DNA of 32,000 bases. It comes from an uncultured Opitutales bacterium. GTDB lineage: Bacteria > Verrucomicrobiota > Verrucomicrobiia > Opitutales > Intestinicryptomonadaceae. Under the pieces are notes generated by a model. The model saw nothing but the letters and a program-made list of their open reading frames with translations. It had not been told where the DNA came from and made no database searches. A program made the translations under genes and the position numbers. Positions 1 through 12,471 of the stretch are shown one piece after another; position 1 is the first letter of the stretch, and the number at the start of each line of letters is the position of its first letter. The DNA lies in contig CAKUIA010000009.1 in NCBI GenBank assembly GCA_934660865.1, positions 60,001 through 92,000 on the forward strand, given 5' to 3'.

Positions 1-271
1 TGCAACGCGCGGCGACATATTCCAGAAAGTCATTTCAAACGCCGAAGAAATTAAGGCGAGAAAAGGGCCCGTTATTATTGTAACCGACTGCCCCGAAACT
101 TTCCCCGAAGGCCTGGCCGACGAAATGGTTTGCGTTCCCAAAACGCTAGACGCGCTAACGCCCGTGCTTACTACAATTCCCCTGCAGTTTTTGGCGTACT
201 ACACAACCCTCGAAAAGGGCTATAATGTAGACCGTCCGAGGAATTTGGCCAAGAGCGTTACGGTAGAGTAA
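1..271 (+). CDS. glmS: Glutamine--fructose-6-phosphate aminotransferase, C-terminal fragment (5' end lies outside the window)
   Basis: The frame is open from the window edge (codons start at 2, 5, 8...). It translates to ...TTIPLQFLAYYTTLEKGYNVDRPRNLAKSVTVE*, the hallmark GlmS C-terminus. The TAA stop at 269-271 overlaps the next ATG (TAATG). Confidence 0.9.
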   Translation, partial: ATRGDIFQKVISNAEEIKARKGPVIIVTDCPETFPEGLADEMVCVPKTLDALTPVLTTIPLQFLAYYTTLEKGYNVDRPRNLAKSVTVE

Positions 272-909
272 TGAAATATTCTCGCATTTTGTGGGATTGG
301 AACGGCACGCTTTTAAACGACGCGTGGCTAAGCGTAGAGGTTTTGTGCGATATGCTCGGCGGGCGCGGGCTGCCGAAAATAGATGTCGATACCTACAGGG
401 CTTCGTTCGGCTTCCCCATAATAAAGTTCTACGAAGATTTGGGTTTTGATTTTGCTCAAGAGCCTTTCGAAAAAGTCGGAACCGAGTTTATAGAAAAATA
501 CAACGCAAAAAGGGGCTTGTGCAACCTGAATGACGGCGCAGGCGCCCTTGTGTTTGCGCTTGAAAAAGCGGGGGTAAAACAGAGCATTTTGTCGGCGTAC
601 GAGATAAACTATTTAAGGCAAATAGTGGGAACTTTCCCGATATCGAAATGTTTTGAGCACATAGTTGGGCTGGACAACATCTATGCGGCTACAAAGGTAA
701 AATTGGGGCAAAACTATTTTAACTCGCTAAACGAAAACCCCAAAAACGCCCTTTTTGTGGGCGACACCGAGCACGATGTACAGACCGCAAAAGCCATAGG
801 TTGCGACTGTGTTTTGGTAGCCCAAGGGCATTTTTCGAAAGAAAGGCTTTTAAAATTGGGGCTGCCCGTGTTTTCGGATTTCGGAGAGTTGTCGCAATTC
901 CTGCTTTAG
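271..909 (+). CDS. HAD-superfamily hydrolase (phosphoglycolate-phosphatase-like)
   Basis: 212-aa ORF with an ATG start. N-terminal motif I is ILWDWNGTLLND, a DxN variant of DxDGT. A C-terminal FVGDTEHDVQTA motif matches HAD motif IV (GDxxxD). Confidence 0.75.
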   Translation: MKYSRILWDWNGTLLNDAWLSVEVLCDMLGGRGLPKIDVDTYRASFGFPIIKFYEDLGFDFAQEPFEKVGTEFIEKYNAKRGLCNLNDGAGALVFALEKAGVKQSILSAYEINYLRQIVGTFPISKCFEHIVGLDNIYAATKVKLGQNYFNSLNENPKNALFVGDTEHDVQTAKAIGCDCVLVAQGHFSKERLLKLGLPVFSDFGELSQFLL

Positions 910-927
910 GGCGCCATAGTGCGGTTT

Positions 928-1191
928 TTACCGCCCGCCTTCGAAAATTTTTTGAAGTTCGGGCATTGTAAGTTCGCCTATTTGCACGGTTTTGTTTTTA
1001 GAGTGCCCGCCCGAAACAATGGAAATTTTCGATTTGGAAAGCCTCGTGCTTTTCGACAAAAAACGTATAAGCTCGGCATTTGCCTTGCCGTCTACGGGCG
1101 GCGTGCAGATTTTAAACTTTAAAGCGTCGCCCAAAACGCCCACATATTCGGTTTTGCGGGCGTTGGGTATAAGCCTTATTTGCACTGCCAT
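928..1191 (-). CDS. yggU: DUF167 / YggU-family small protein
   Basis: 87 aa. The pattern ...LKFKICTPPVDGKANAELIRFLSKSTRLSKSKISIVSGGHSKNKTV... matches the conserved PPxxGKAN...L...V.I..G..S..K signature of DUF167. Confidence 0.75.
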   Translation of the reverse strand: MAVQIRLIPNARKTEYVGVLGDALKFKICTPPVDGKANAELIRFLSKSTRLSKSKISIVSGGHSKNKTVQIGELTMPELQKIFEGGR

Positions 1192-1203
1192 AATATGAGG
1201 GGG

Positions 1204-2277
1204 TTATTCCCTTGCAACATCGGGGTAGCTGCCCAAGCACTTTACCATGGGCAAAGTTTTGGTAAGCTCTTCTATAGCCCTTTTAACGCCGTCGTCTTCC
1301 CAGTGGCCTATAAAGTCTATAAAGAAATAGTAGTCCCACAACTTGCGCTTGCTCGGGCGCGATTCTATGCGGGTAAGGTTTATGTTCATTCGGTTGAAAG
1401 GTACCAAAGCGTCGTACAATGCGCCGGGGCGGTCGTTTACCGAAAGGACAATGCTTGTTTTATATACAACGCCCTCCGATTTCGGAACGGGGTTTTTGCC
1501 TATTATAAGAAAGCGCGTTATGTTGTTCTTTTTGTCCTGTATGCCGCGCTCTAAAACGGGCACGCCGTAGGCTTCCGAAGAAATGCTCGAAGCTATCGCG
1601 CAAACGCTTGGGTCGCTCTTGGCAAGTTCTACGGCCGCCGTAGTGCTTTCGGTATATACAAATTCGGCTTTTGGCAGGTAGCGGTGCAGCCAGTTGCGGC
1701 ATTGCCCTATGGCCTGGTCTTTCGAGGCTATTTTCTTTATGCCGTCTAAGGGGCCCGTGCAAAGCAGGCAGTGCTCTATTGCAAGGTATACTTGCCCCAA
1801 AATAACAAGCGGGCTTTCAGCAAGCATGTCCATAGAGTGCATAACTGCGCCTTCGGTGGAATTTTCTATGGGTATTACGCCGTAGTCTACCTCATTCATC
1901 ATCACCGCCGAAAACACGTCTTGTATGGAGTGTATGGCCCTGTATTGCACGCTTTCGCCGAATGCCTTTAGGGCGGCCTGGTGGGTGAATGTGGCGTTGG
2001 GCCCCAAAAAGCCAATCAAAAGCTTCTTTTCCGCCGAAATCGACGCCGAAATAATTTCCCTGTAAATCGCCTTAAGCGAATTGTCGGCAATGCGTCCGTT
2101 GTTTTTCTTTAAAAGCCTGTCGAAAACCTGAACTTCGCGCCCCGGAACGTAAATCGCCTCGCCGTTCGAGTTTTTTATGTCGCTCATTTGCTTGGCGCAG
2201 CTTATGCGCTTTTCAAGCAGGTTCAAAATTTCGCCGTCTATGCTGTCTATGGCGTCTCTTATTTTTTGCTTTTCCAT
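1204..2277 (-). CDS. pheA: Bifunctional chorismate mutase / prephenate dehydratase (P-protein)
   Basis: 357 aa. It has an N-terminal chorismate mutase helix region (IRDAIDSIDGEILNLLEKR), a PDT domain (IGFLGPNATFTHQAALKAFG...IPIENSTEGAV) and a C-terminal ACT domain (TSIVLSVNDRPGALYDAL...NLTRIESRPS). Confidence 0.9.
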   Translation of the reverse strand: MEKQKIRDAIDSIDGEILNLLEKRISCAKQMSDIKNSNGEAIYVPGREVQVFDRLLKKNNGRIADNSLKAIYREIISASISAEKKLLIGFLGPNATFTHQAALKAFGESVQYRAIHSIQDVFSAVMMNEVDYGVIPIENSTEGAVMHSMDMLAESPLVILGQVYLAIEHCLLCTGPLDGIKKIASKDQAIGQCRNWLHRYLPKAEFVYTESTTAAVELAKSDPSVCAIASSISSEAYGVPVLERGIQDKKNNITRFLIIGKNPVPKSEGVVYKTSIVLSVNDRPGALYDALVPFNRMNINLTRIESRPSKRKLWDYYFFIDFIGHWEDDGVKRAIEELTKTLPMVKCLGSYPDVARE

Positions 2278-2282
2278 ATTTT

Positions 2283-3131
2283 CTACGATTTCATTCCGGT
2301 ATACTCGGAAGAGCCAAAGTCTTTGTTAAGGTCCTCGAAGGCCGATTCGCCTTGCGGTGTTTGCTGTTGGGCGTTTGCGTCTTCGCCCTTTTCGGTGTCG
2401 TGCTTGATTTCCGACGGGCTTAGACCCATGTCTTTGCCGTCGAAAAGGTCGGGGTTGTTGGCCTTTTTAATCCATTCGGAAATCTGGTTGGGGCTTAATA
2501 CGTCGGAAGCGGGCAGTTCGTCTAGCGAGCTTACGCCTATAAACTCCAAAAACTTGTCGGAAGTCGAATATTGTATGGGTCTGCCGGGCAAGTCTGCGCG
2601 CCCCTTTATTATTATAAGTTCCCTGTCTAGCAGGCGGTTTATTGCCCCGTCGGCATTTACGCCCCTAATTGTTTCAATTTCGGCCCTTGTTACGGGCTGC
2701 CTGTAGGCCACAATGGCCAAAGTTTCGAGGGCCGCCTGCGAAAGCCTTTGCGGTTTTGGGTCGTTCCTTAAAAGCCTTACCCACTCGGCATAGTCTGCCG
2801 AAATCGACATTCTCCAGCCCTGCGGGCCCTGTATTAGGTTGTACACTTCCTGCGATTCCAAAAGCTCGGCCTGTATTTCCTCTATCGCCTCTCTTATTTG
2901 GGTTGCCGTAAGCAGTGTTGGCACTTGGGCGATAAGGTCTGCCATGGTCGTTTGCCCGTCTTTTGGAGAAGTTTCGTATTCCGAAACATTTGGGTCTTTT
3001 TCGGCGGGTGTTTCGGGCTTTTCGTTTTCCTTATGGTAGCGCGTAATTACGCCCTGTATGTCCTTAATCGACAGCCATTGGCTTGTGGAAAACAGCAAAG
3101 CCTTTAAAATCTTCTTTAAATTAAATTCCAT
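2283..3131 (-). CDS. scpB: Segregation and condensation protein B
   Basis: Contains SQAALETLAIVAYRQPVTRAEIETIRGVNADGAINRLLDRELI...GRADLPGRPIQYSTSDKFLEFIG, typical ScpB winged-helix repeats. The ORF-track start at 3197 is TTG. I prefer the ATG at 3131 (MEFNLKKILKALLFS...). It is followed by an acidic, low-complexity C-terminal tail. Confidence 0.85.
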   Translation of the reverse strand: MEFNLKKILKALLFSTSQWLSIKDIQGVITRYHKENEKPETPAEKDPNVSEYETSPKDGQTTMADLIAQVPTLLTATQIREAIEEIQAELLESQEVYNLIQGPQGWRMSISADYAEWVRLLRNDPKPQRLSQAALETLAIVAYRQPVTRAEIETIRGVNADGAINRLLDRELIIIKGRADLPGRPIQYSTSDKFLEFIGVSSLDELPASDVLSPNQISEWIKKANNPDLFDGKDMGLSPSEIKHDTEKGEDANAQQQTPQGESAFEDLNKDFGSSEYTGMKS

Positions 3132-3199
3132 TGGGCTAAAATTTAACTTTGAATTGTTATTGCGATTTGTTAAAAAGTAAACCATAAAAACACACAATT

Positions 3200-5035
3200 A
3201 TGTACGACTATAAATCAAAGAAGAGTTTTGAAGGCAGAAATATGGCCGGAGCCCGCGCTTTGTGGCGCGCTACGGGAGTTTCCGAAAAGGATTTCGGCAA
3301 GCCCATTATTGCGGTTGTAAATTCGTATACGCAATTTGTGCCCGGGCACGTTCATTTAGACGAGGTAGGCAAATACGTTGCCGAGGAAATCAAGGCTGCA
3401 GGCGGCATTCCCCGCGAGTTCAACACAATAGCCATAGACGACGGCATTGCAATGGGGCACGAGGGTATGCTTTATTCTTTGCCCAGCCGCGAGCTTATTG
3501 CCGACAGCGTAGAGTATATGTGCCAGGCCCACTGTGCAGACGCAATGGTTTGCATTTCGAACTGCGACAAAATCACCCCCGGTATGCTTATGGCTTCGAT
3601 GAGGCTTAACATACCGACTATATTTGTAAGCGGCGGGCCGATGGAGGCGGGCGAGATTGAAGAAAACGGACAATCGCGCCATTTAGACTTAATAGACGCA
3701 ATGATTCAGGGCGCAAACCCCAAGGCCGGCGACGCCGAAGTTGCGGCCATAGAAGACAAGGCCTGCCCGACATGCGGTTCGTGCTCGGGTATGTTTACGG
3801 CAAATTCAATGAACTGCCTTTGCGAAGCGATAGGCATGGCGCTTCCCGGCAACGGCACAATGCTTGCAACGCACGAGCTAAGAAAGCAGCTGTTTAAAAA
3901 GGCGGCGCACAGAATAGTTGAAATGGTATCGGAATACTATAAGCACGGCGACACCTCAATTTTGCCGCTTTCGATTGCCGACAAAGACGCATTCTTTAAC
4001 GCGATGAAGCTGGACATTGCAATGGGCGGTAGCACAAACACGGTGTTGCACCTGCTTGCGGTTGCAAGGGAGGCCAATGTAGACTTTTCGATGAAAGACA
4101 TAGACATGCTTTCGAGAATAACCCCGCATATCTGCAAAGTTGCCCCCAGCACCAATTTGGTTCACGTTCAAGACGTGCACAATGCGGGCGGCATTATGGG
4201 CATTATGGGCGAGCTTGCCAAAAAAGGCCTTGTAAACCTGACAAAGAAAACCGTAAGCGGCAAAACTCTCGGCGAAGAAATCGCCGAAAACGACATTTTA
4301 AGCGACAGTGTTTCGGAGGAAGTTAAAACTTTCTACAAGGCAACTTCGGGCAAACAGCGCACAACAAAGGCCTACAGCCAAAACTGCTATGTGCAAAAGC
4401 TCGATACCGACCGCAAAAACGGCGCAATACGCTCGGTTGAAAACGCCTTCAGCCAAGACGGCGGTTTGGCGGTTTTGTTCGGCAACATTGCAAAAGACGG
4501 CTGCATTGTTAAAACAGCCGGTGTAGACAAATCCATTTTAACCTTTAAGGGTACAGCCAAAGTATACAATTCCGAAAACGAAGCCTCCGAAGCGATTTTG
4601 GGCGGCAAAGTTTCGCCCGGCGACGTAGTTCTTATTACCTACGAAGGCCCCCGCGGCGGCCCGGGCATGCAGGAAATGCTGTATCCTACCAGCCACTTAA
4701 AGAGCATGGGGCTTGGCAAGCTTTGCGCATTGCTTACCGACGGCAGGTTTTCGGGCGGTACAAGCGGCTTGTCGATTGGCCACGTTTCGCCCGAGGCGGC
4801 AGACGGCGGCGACATTGCCCTTGTAGAAGACGGCGACTATATTACAATAGACATTCCCGACCGCAAAATTTCGCTTGAAATAGACGAAAACGAAATGGCC
4901 GCCCGCCGCGCAAGAATGCTTGCAAAAGGCGATATGGCATACAAGCCCAAGCGCGATCGCAAAGTAAGCAGGGCTTTGCAGTTTTATGCCAAAAGCGTGT
5001 CGTCGGCCGCCGACGGCGCGGTTAGAAAGCTGTAG
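3200..5035 (+). CDS. ilvD: Dihydroxy-acid dehydratase
   Basis: 611 aa. The N-terminus ...[42 protein letters not shown] is nearly identical in pattern to enterobacterial IlvD. It carries the CDKITPGM Fe-S cluster motif and full-length IlvD/Edd architecture. Confidence 0.97.
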   Translation: MYDYKSKKSFEGRNMAGARALWRATGVSEKDFGKPIIAVVNSYTQFVPGHVHLDEVGKYVAEEIKAAGGIPREFNTIAIDDGIAMGHEGMLYSLPSRELIADSVEYMCQAHCADAMVCISNCDKITPGMLMASMRLNIPTIFVSGGPMEAGEIEENGQSRHLDLIDAMIQGANPKAGDAEVAAIEDKACPTCGSCSGMFTANSMNCLCEAIGMALPGNGTMLATHELRKQLFKKAAHRIVEMVSEYYKHGDTSILPLSIADKDAFFNAMKLDIAMGGSTNTVLHLLAVAREANVDFSMKDIDMLSRITPHICKVAPSTNLVHVQDVHNAGGIMGIMGELAKKGLVNLTKKTVSGKTLGEEIAENDILSDSVSEEVKTFYKATSGKQRTTKAYSQNCYVQKLDTDRKNGAIRSVENAFSQDGGLAVLFGNIAKDGCIVKTAGVDKSILTFKGTAKVYNSENEASEAILGGKVSPGDVVLITYEGPRGGPGMQEMLYPTSHLKSMGLGKLCALLTDGRFSGGTSGLSIGHVSPEAADGGDIALVEDGDYITIDIPDRKISLEIDENEMAARRARMLAKGDMAYKPKRDRKVSRALQFYAKSVSSAADGAVRKL

Positions 5036-5041
5036 CTTTTA

Positions 5042-6379
5042 ATGCGCCAATTAAAAGTCTATTTGCGCACCTACGGCTGCCAGATGAACGAGCGCGACAG
5101 CGAAAATGTCGCCGCCCAGTTCGTCGAGCGCGGCCATATTGTTGTAGACAACGAGTTCGACGCCGACGTGTTTTTAATGAACACCTGCTCGGTTAGAGAG
5201 CAGGCCGAACTTAAGGCAATAGGCAAGCTGCGCTACGTTGTCGCCCGCAAAGAACATGGCTTGCCCATAACGGGCGTATTCGGCTGCATGGCGCAAAACA
5301 GGGGGCAAAGCCTTTTTAAACTTTTGCCCGAGCTTGACATTGTAGCCGGCACATGGCACACCCCCAATCTGGTTGATTTTGTCGAAAAGTGCTATGGCGA
5401 GCGCGTAAAAATTTGCAGGCTCGATTCCGACGAGCAGTCGCACAACAAAATCTACAGGCACTTGCCGAACAAAACGAAAAATCCCGCCGCCTACATTTCC
5501 ATAATGCAGGGGTGCTCTATGAAATGCTCGTATTGCATAGTGCCTTTCACGCGCGGCGAAGAGCGTTCCAGACCAATCGACGACATCGTAAAAGAGGCGA
5601 CTGTTCTCGCCGAAAGGGGCGTAAAGGAAATATGTCTTTTAGGGCAGGTTGTAAATGCCTACGGGCGCAAAATGCCCATAGGCAAAGACGGCGCTTCGCC
5701 GTTTGTGCAGCTGTTGCGAAAGCTTAACGACATTCCGCAAATAAGCCGCATACGCTTTACATCGCCGCACCCGTCGTTTTTTAGGGACGACCTTATAAAA
5801 TCGTACGGCTCGCTGGAAAAGCTGTGCGAGTATGTGCATTTGCCGATACAGTCGGGCAGCGACGAAATTCTAAAAAGAATGAAGCGCCCCTACAGAATTG
5901 ACATGTTTAAGCGCATATGCGATTCTTTGCGCGCGCAAGTGCCCGTAATGTCGATTTCGACCGACGTAATTGTAGGCTACCCGCAGGAAAGCCGGCGCGA
6001 TTTTGAACTGACAAAAGAGGCGTTTGAATACTGCAATTTCGACATGGCCTACATCTTTAAATACAGCCCTAGAAAGGGCACGCCGTCGGCGCTGGAAAAC
6101 GACGACATTCCCGAAGACGAAAAGGAAAGCCGCAATCAGGAATTGCTGAAAGTGTTGGAAAAACAGTCGATTGCCTTCAACGAAAAGCTTGTGGGAACAA
6201 CGCAGGAGGTTTTGTTCGAGGCCGCAGCCCGAAGGGGCGAGGGCGTTTGCATGGGAAGAACCCGCACTCACCGCAAGGTTTTTGCAAAATTCGACGAGCA
6301 AAAAATAGGCGAATTTGCTGACGTTAAAATACAGTCGGCAAGCGTTTCGGCACTGTCGGGAGATGTGGTAAACCCCTAG
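5042..6379 (+). CDS. miaB: tRNA-i6A37 methylthiotransferase (radical SAM, MiaB family)
   Basis: 445 aa. It has a UPF0004 N-terminal domain (YGCQMNERDSE...NTCSVRE), a radical-SAM CxxxCxxC motif (CSMKCSYCIVP) and a C-terminal TRAM-like domain. It starts 6 nt after the ilvD stop. Confidence 0.9.
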   Translation: MRQLKVYLRTYGCQMNERDSENVAAQFVERGHIVVDNEFDADVFLMNTCSVREQAELKAIGKLRYVVARKEHGLPITGVFGCMAQNRGQSLFKLLPELDIVAGTWHTPNLVDFVEKCYGERVKICRLDSDEQSHNKIYRHLPNKTKNPAAYISIMQGCSMKCSYCIVPFTRGEERSRPIDDIVKEATVLAERGVKEICLLGQVVNAYGRKMPIGKDGASPFVQLLRKLNDIPQISRIRFTSPHPSFFRDDLIKSYGSLEKLCEYVHLPIQSGSDEILKRMKRPYRIDMFKRICDSLRAQVPVMSISTDVIVGYPQESRRDFELTKEAFEYCNFDMAYIFKYSPRKGTPSALENDDIPEDEKESRNQELLKVLEKQSIAFNEKLVGTTQEVLFEAAARRGEGVCMGRTRTHRKVFAKFDEQKIGEFADVKIQSASVSALSGDVVNP

Positions 6380-6900
6380 TCGGCAAGCGTTGCCGAAATC
6401 GAAAACGTGTAGCCGCCCGAAACGACCTTTGCCATTTCGCCCAATTTTATCTTTTGCGAAAATTTGCACGAATCGTTTTTAAACACCGCCGTTTCGGCAC
6501 TGTCTTTGTATACGATTTTTACAAGTTCTTTTGCCGAAAATGCGGCGTTTATCTCTGCAAAGCCGTTGTCGTTTGCGGCATATTCCAGCTGCATTTCGTA
6601 TCCGAATTTCTCGCCGAGCGTTTTCGACGAAATTTCCCTTTGTATTTTAATGCCGTTTTTTGCCTGCAAGTTCAGGCGGAATTTAAAGTTTGCAACTTCG
6701 TCGTTTTCGGCGTCGAAAACCCTTACAAAAAACACCGCATATTCGCCAAGCCCCTCTTTGTCGGGCTTGTCGGAAACCCTCCACGAATTTTCGTGCGGTA
6801 TTGTAAATTTGCCGCCGCGCAGGGGGGCAACGCGCCTTTCGGCAAAGCCCGAAAGCGCAAACAAAATCGAAACGCAAAAAACAAAAATTCTTAAAAACAT
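6376..6900 (-). CDS. Hypothetical secreted protein (signal peptide)
   Basis: 174 aa with a hydrophobic N-terminus (MFLRIFVFCVSILFALSGFA). It starts 3 nt after the upstream lptF/G-like gene, so it is probably co-transcribed. I recognised no family motif. Confidence 0.6.
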   Translation of the reverse strand: MFLRIFVFCVSILFALSGFAERRVAPLRGGKFTIPHENSWRVSDKPDKEGLGEYAVFFVRVFDAENDEVANFKFRLNLQAKNGIKIQREISSKTLGEKFGYEMQLEYAANDNGFAEINAAFSAKELVKIVYKDSAETAVFKNDSCKFSQKIKLGEMAKVVSGGYTFSISATLAD

Positions 6901-6903
6901 AAG

Positions 6904-8049
6904 CTACGTTCTGTTTGCCCTAAACATTAGGCAAATGCCCAAAATCTGGAATATTATGTTGGGCAGCCAAATCAAAATGTCGGGTCTAAATTCGGGCACG
7001 GCTTCAAGCCACGTTATAAATACGGTGCTCATATAGTAGGTCATAGCCAGTGCCAGCGCAATGCCCACGTTTGCCAAAGTTTCCGATCTCGACGCCTTTA
7101 TGCCAAGCGGAATTGCCAAAACAACCATCGAAAATATCGAAAAGGCCATTGCAAAATTCTTTTGTATCTGCGTTTGAACCTTGATTTTGTCCCTAAAAAT
7201 CATCTCTTTAGTAAGGTCTTTTTCGGGCACGCTGTGCCACGTTTTGCGGGCGTTCATCAACTCGCCGAATGTCATTAGCGAAAGCTTTTTCTTTTGCCCC
7301 GAAAACGACTGGAATATCTTGTTAAGCGGCAGCTTTATCAAAAACTCTTTCGACTCGAATACGGTAAGCGGCTTCGAAAAATCGTCGTCTAAAACGCTTC
7401 GGCGCTGTTCGGTTATCGAGTATTCGGGGCGAATCATAATCTCTTCGTTGGCGTCGTCGTACCAAATAGAGCCGCGCTTTGCGCTAAGGGCGCTTTTTAT
7501 GTCGCCGTTAGGGTCTATCTCCCAAATGCGCAGCCCCGTAAGGCCGTTTTTGTCGGCGTCGTTTGCGTATATTATGTAGCCGGGGAAATCCTTAATAAAC
7601 ACTCCCGGCTGAATAAACCTAAGGGGATTGTTCCTTACAAGGTTTTTAAGGGCGCTTTTGTAGGTATAGTCGGCAACGGGGGCATAGTAGAAATTTATGC
7701 CCACCGAAAATATCGAGGCTAAAATGGAAATCAAAAACACGGGGCACGCCATGCTAAAGAGCGAAACGCCGCCGGCTTTCATTGCGGTGATTTCGCTTTG
7801 CGCCGACATTCTGCCGAACACCAGCAAAATGCCCGTAAGCATGCCCAATGGCAACGCGTAGGGGATTACCCCGGGTATAATAAGGCAAATTATGTATACA
7901 AAAAAGCCGAAGTCTATTTTTCCCGAGGCCACATCGCCCATAACCTCTTTAATTACATTGCCCAAAACGAGAACGAACACGAAAAGCCCCACCGTCATTC
8001 CCGCGGCGGCGGCCACCTGTTTTAATATATATTTATGCAGCGTTCTCAT
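6904..8049 (-). CDS. LPS export ABC permease, LptF/LptG (YjgP/YjgQ) family
   Basis: The N-terminus MRTLHKYILKQV... is typical of LptF/G. There are about 3 TM segments, then a periplasmic beta-jellyroll-like region, then 3 more TM segments. The track start at 8082 is TTG, so I prefer the ATG at 8049. Confidence 0.85.
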   Translation of the reverse strand: MRTLHKYILKQVAAAAGMTVGLFVFVLVLGNVIKEVMGDVASGKIDFGFFVYIICLIIPGVIPYALPLGMLTGILLVFGRMSAQSEITAMKAGGVSLFSMACPVFLISILASIFSVGINFYYAPVADYTYKSALKNLVRNNPLRFIQPGVFIKDFPGYIIYANDADKNGLTGLRIWEIDPNGDIKSALSAKRGSIWYDDANEEIMIRPEYSITEQRRSVLDDDFSKPLTVFESKEFLIKLPLNKIFQSFSGQKKKLSLMTFGELMNARKTWHSVPEKDLTKEMIFRDKIKVQTQIQKNFAMAFSIFSMVVLAIPLGIKASRSETLANVGIALALAMTYYMSTVFITWLEAVPEFRPDILIWLPNIIFQILGICLMFRANRT

Positions 8050-8135
8050 TGTACAGAGCAATAAAATAAAAAAGAGCGGCAATATTTCGCAATATTAAAA
8101 ACCGCCCTTTTTAAAAAATTATCGCCTAAAGATAA

Positions 8136-9125
8136 TTACAAGCCCAAAGACTGCTTGATGATTGCCTGTTCGTCGAGCAATTCCTTGTTCGAGGCGGCAA
8201 TCTTTTCCTTTGCGTAGTCGTTAAGCTCTATGCCCTGAACAACAGTCCAGTTTACGCCGTCTTCGGTGCGAACGGGCAGCGAAGTGATTGCGCCTTTGGG
8301 TGTGTTGTAGCTGCCGTCGGAGCATACGCATACGCTGAAGTATTCGCCCTTGGGGGTGGGGGTGATAAGGTGCTTTACGGTTTCTATTGCCGCATTTGCC
8401 GCGCTTGCCGCGCTCGACAAACCGCGGGCCGCTATAACGGCTGCGCCCCTCTTTTGAACCGTGGGGATAAATGTGTCTTTAAACCAGGCTTCGTCGTTGA
8501 TAACTTCGGTTGCCTTTTTGCCGCCTATAAGGGCATTGGTGTAGTCGGGGAACTGTGTGGACGAGTGGTTGCCCCAAATTACCATGTTCTTTACTTCGGT
8601 GGTGTCGACCCCCGCTTTTTGTGCGAGCTGCGCCTTTGCGCGGTTTTCGTCGAGCATTGTCATTGCAAACCACCTGTTTTCGGGAATCTTCGGCGAGCTG
8701 TGTTTGCCAATCCATGCGTTTGTGTTGCAGGGGTTGCCGACAACCAAAATGCGGACGTCGGGGGCTGCGTTTTCTTCGATAGCTTTGCCCTGGCCCACAA
8801 AGATTTTGCCGTTAATGCCGAGCAAGTCGCTTCTTTCCATGCCGGCTTTGCGGGGAACGCTGCCTACCAACAAGGCCCAGTTTACGTCTTTAAAACCTTC
8901 GTTCGGGTCGCTCGTGCAGGTGATTTTCTTTAGAGTGGGGAACGCACAGTCGTCCAACTCCATCTTAACGCCTTCAAGGGCTTTCATTGCGGGGGCGATT
9001 TCGATAAGGCTCAACTCTACGGGTTGGTCTTTGCCGAAAACATCGCCGCAAGCGATTCTGAACAAGAGGGAGTAGGCTATCTGACCGGCCGCTCCCGTTA
9101 CTGCTACTTTAATAGGTTTTTTCAT
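8136..9125 (-). CDS. mdh: Malate dehydrogenase (LDH-like type 2 / cytosolic-type MDH family)
   Basis: 329 aa. It has [25 protein letters not shown] (Rossmann GxxGxxG), VGNPCNTN and [12 protein letters not shown], which are hallmark type-2 MDH motifs. Confidence 0.95.
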   Translation of the reverse strand: MKKPIKVAVTGAAGQIAYSLLFRIACGDVFGKDQPVELSLIEIAPAMKALEGVKMELDDCAFPTLKKITCTSDPNEGFKDVNWALLVGSVPRKAGMERSDLLGINGKIFVGQGKAIEENAAPDVRILVVGNPCNTNAWIGKHSSPKIPENRWFAMTMLDENRAKAQLAQKAGVDTTEVKNMVIWGNHSSTQFPDYTNALIGGKKATEVINDEAWFKDTFIPTVQKRGAAVIAARGLSSAASAANAAIETVKHLITPTPKGEYFSVCVCSDGSYNTPKGAITSLPVRTEDGVNWTVVQGIELNDYAKEKIAASNKELLDEQAIIKQSLGL

Positions 9126-9571
9126 AATAGTTATGTAGTATATAAAATCGATTAAAAGCTTTTTGCTATATTTTTATCCGTACATTTCTACCACCATTGT
9201 CGAAGAATGCAAGCTATAATACGCAATTTTTTTGCGGGTTAAATTTTTTGTAAATACGCCTCTAAAATTGCCGATTTACGGTTTTGTTTGCCCGCACTTG
9301 CGTTAAAGCCTAAAACAAAACATCTTCATATTTAAAATTTATCGAAATTATCATTTATTTTGATTGACTTTATTGTTAGGAATTTTTGAATTATGTTAAG
9401 TTTGCTGGCTTTTGTGCGTGGTTTTTGCAAAAAACGCGCCGAATTTCGGCAAAATTCTCTTATTTATTTCCCCAAAAATAAGATAAGAAAACAAGGAAGA
9501 ATAATTAGTCGGAGCGGCATTTTCTCGCGGTTTCGGCTTAGGAATAACACAACTATATAAATACCAAAAAA

Positions 9572-12370
<2,799 letters not shown>

Positions 12371-12390
12371 TTGTCGGAAGTATAACATCT

Positions 12391-12434
12391 AAAAAACAAA
12401 AAGCCTCCGAAGTTTTTTTTCGGAGGTTTTTTTT
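12391..12434. terminator. Bidirectional rho-independent terminator between convergent ppdK and the MFS gene
   Basis: The stem is CCTCCGAA (12404-12411) / TTCGGAGG (12419-12426). It is flanked by an A-tract (12391-12402) and a T-tract (12427-12434). Confidence 0.85.
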
Positions 12435-12471
12435 GCGTTTTTATCGGGCTTGGAATTTTTTAATTTTCGCC

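Noticed and set aside
9438-9450. The 13-bp palindrome GCCGAA-T-TTCGGC upstream of ppdK, considered as an operator.
   Set aside because: CCGAA/TTCGG-type stems recur throughout this window, for example in terminators. There is a single copy about 120 bp from the start and no supporting context.
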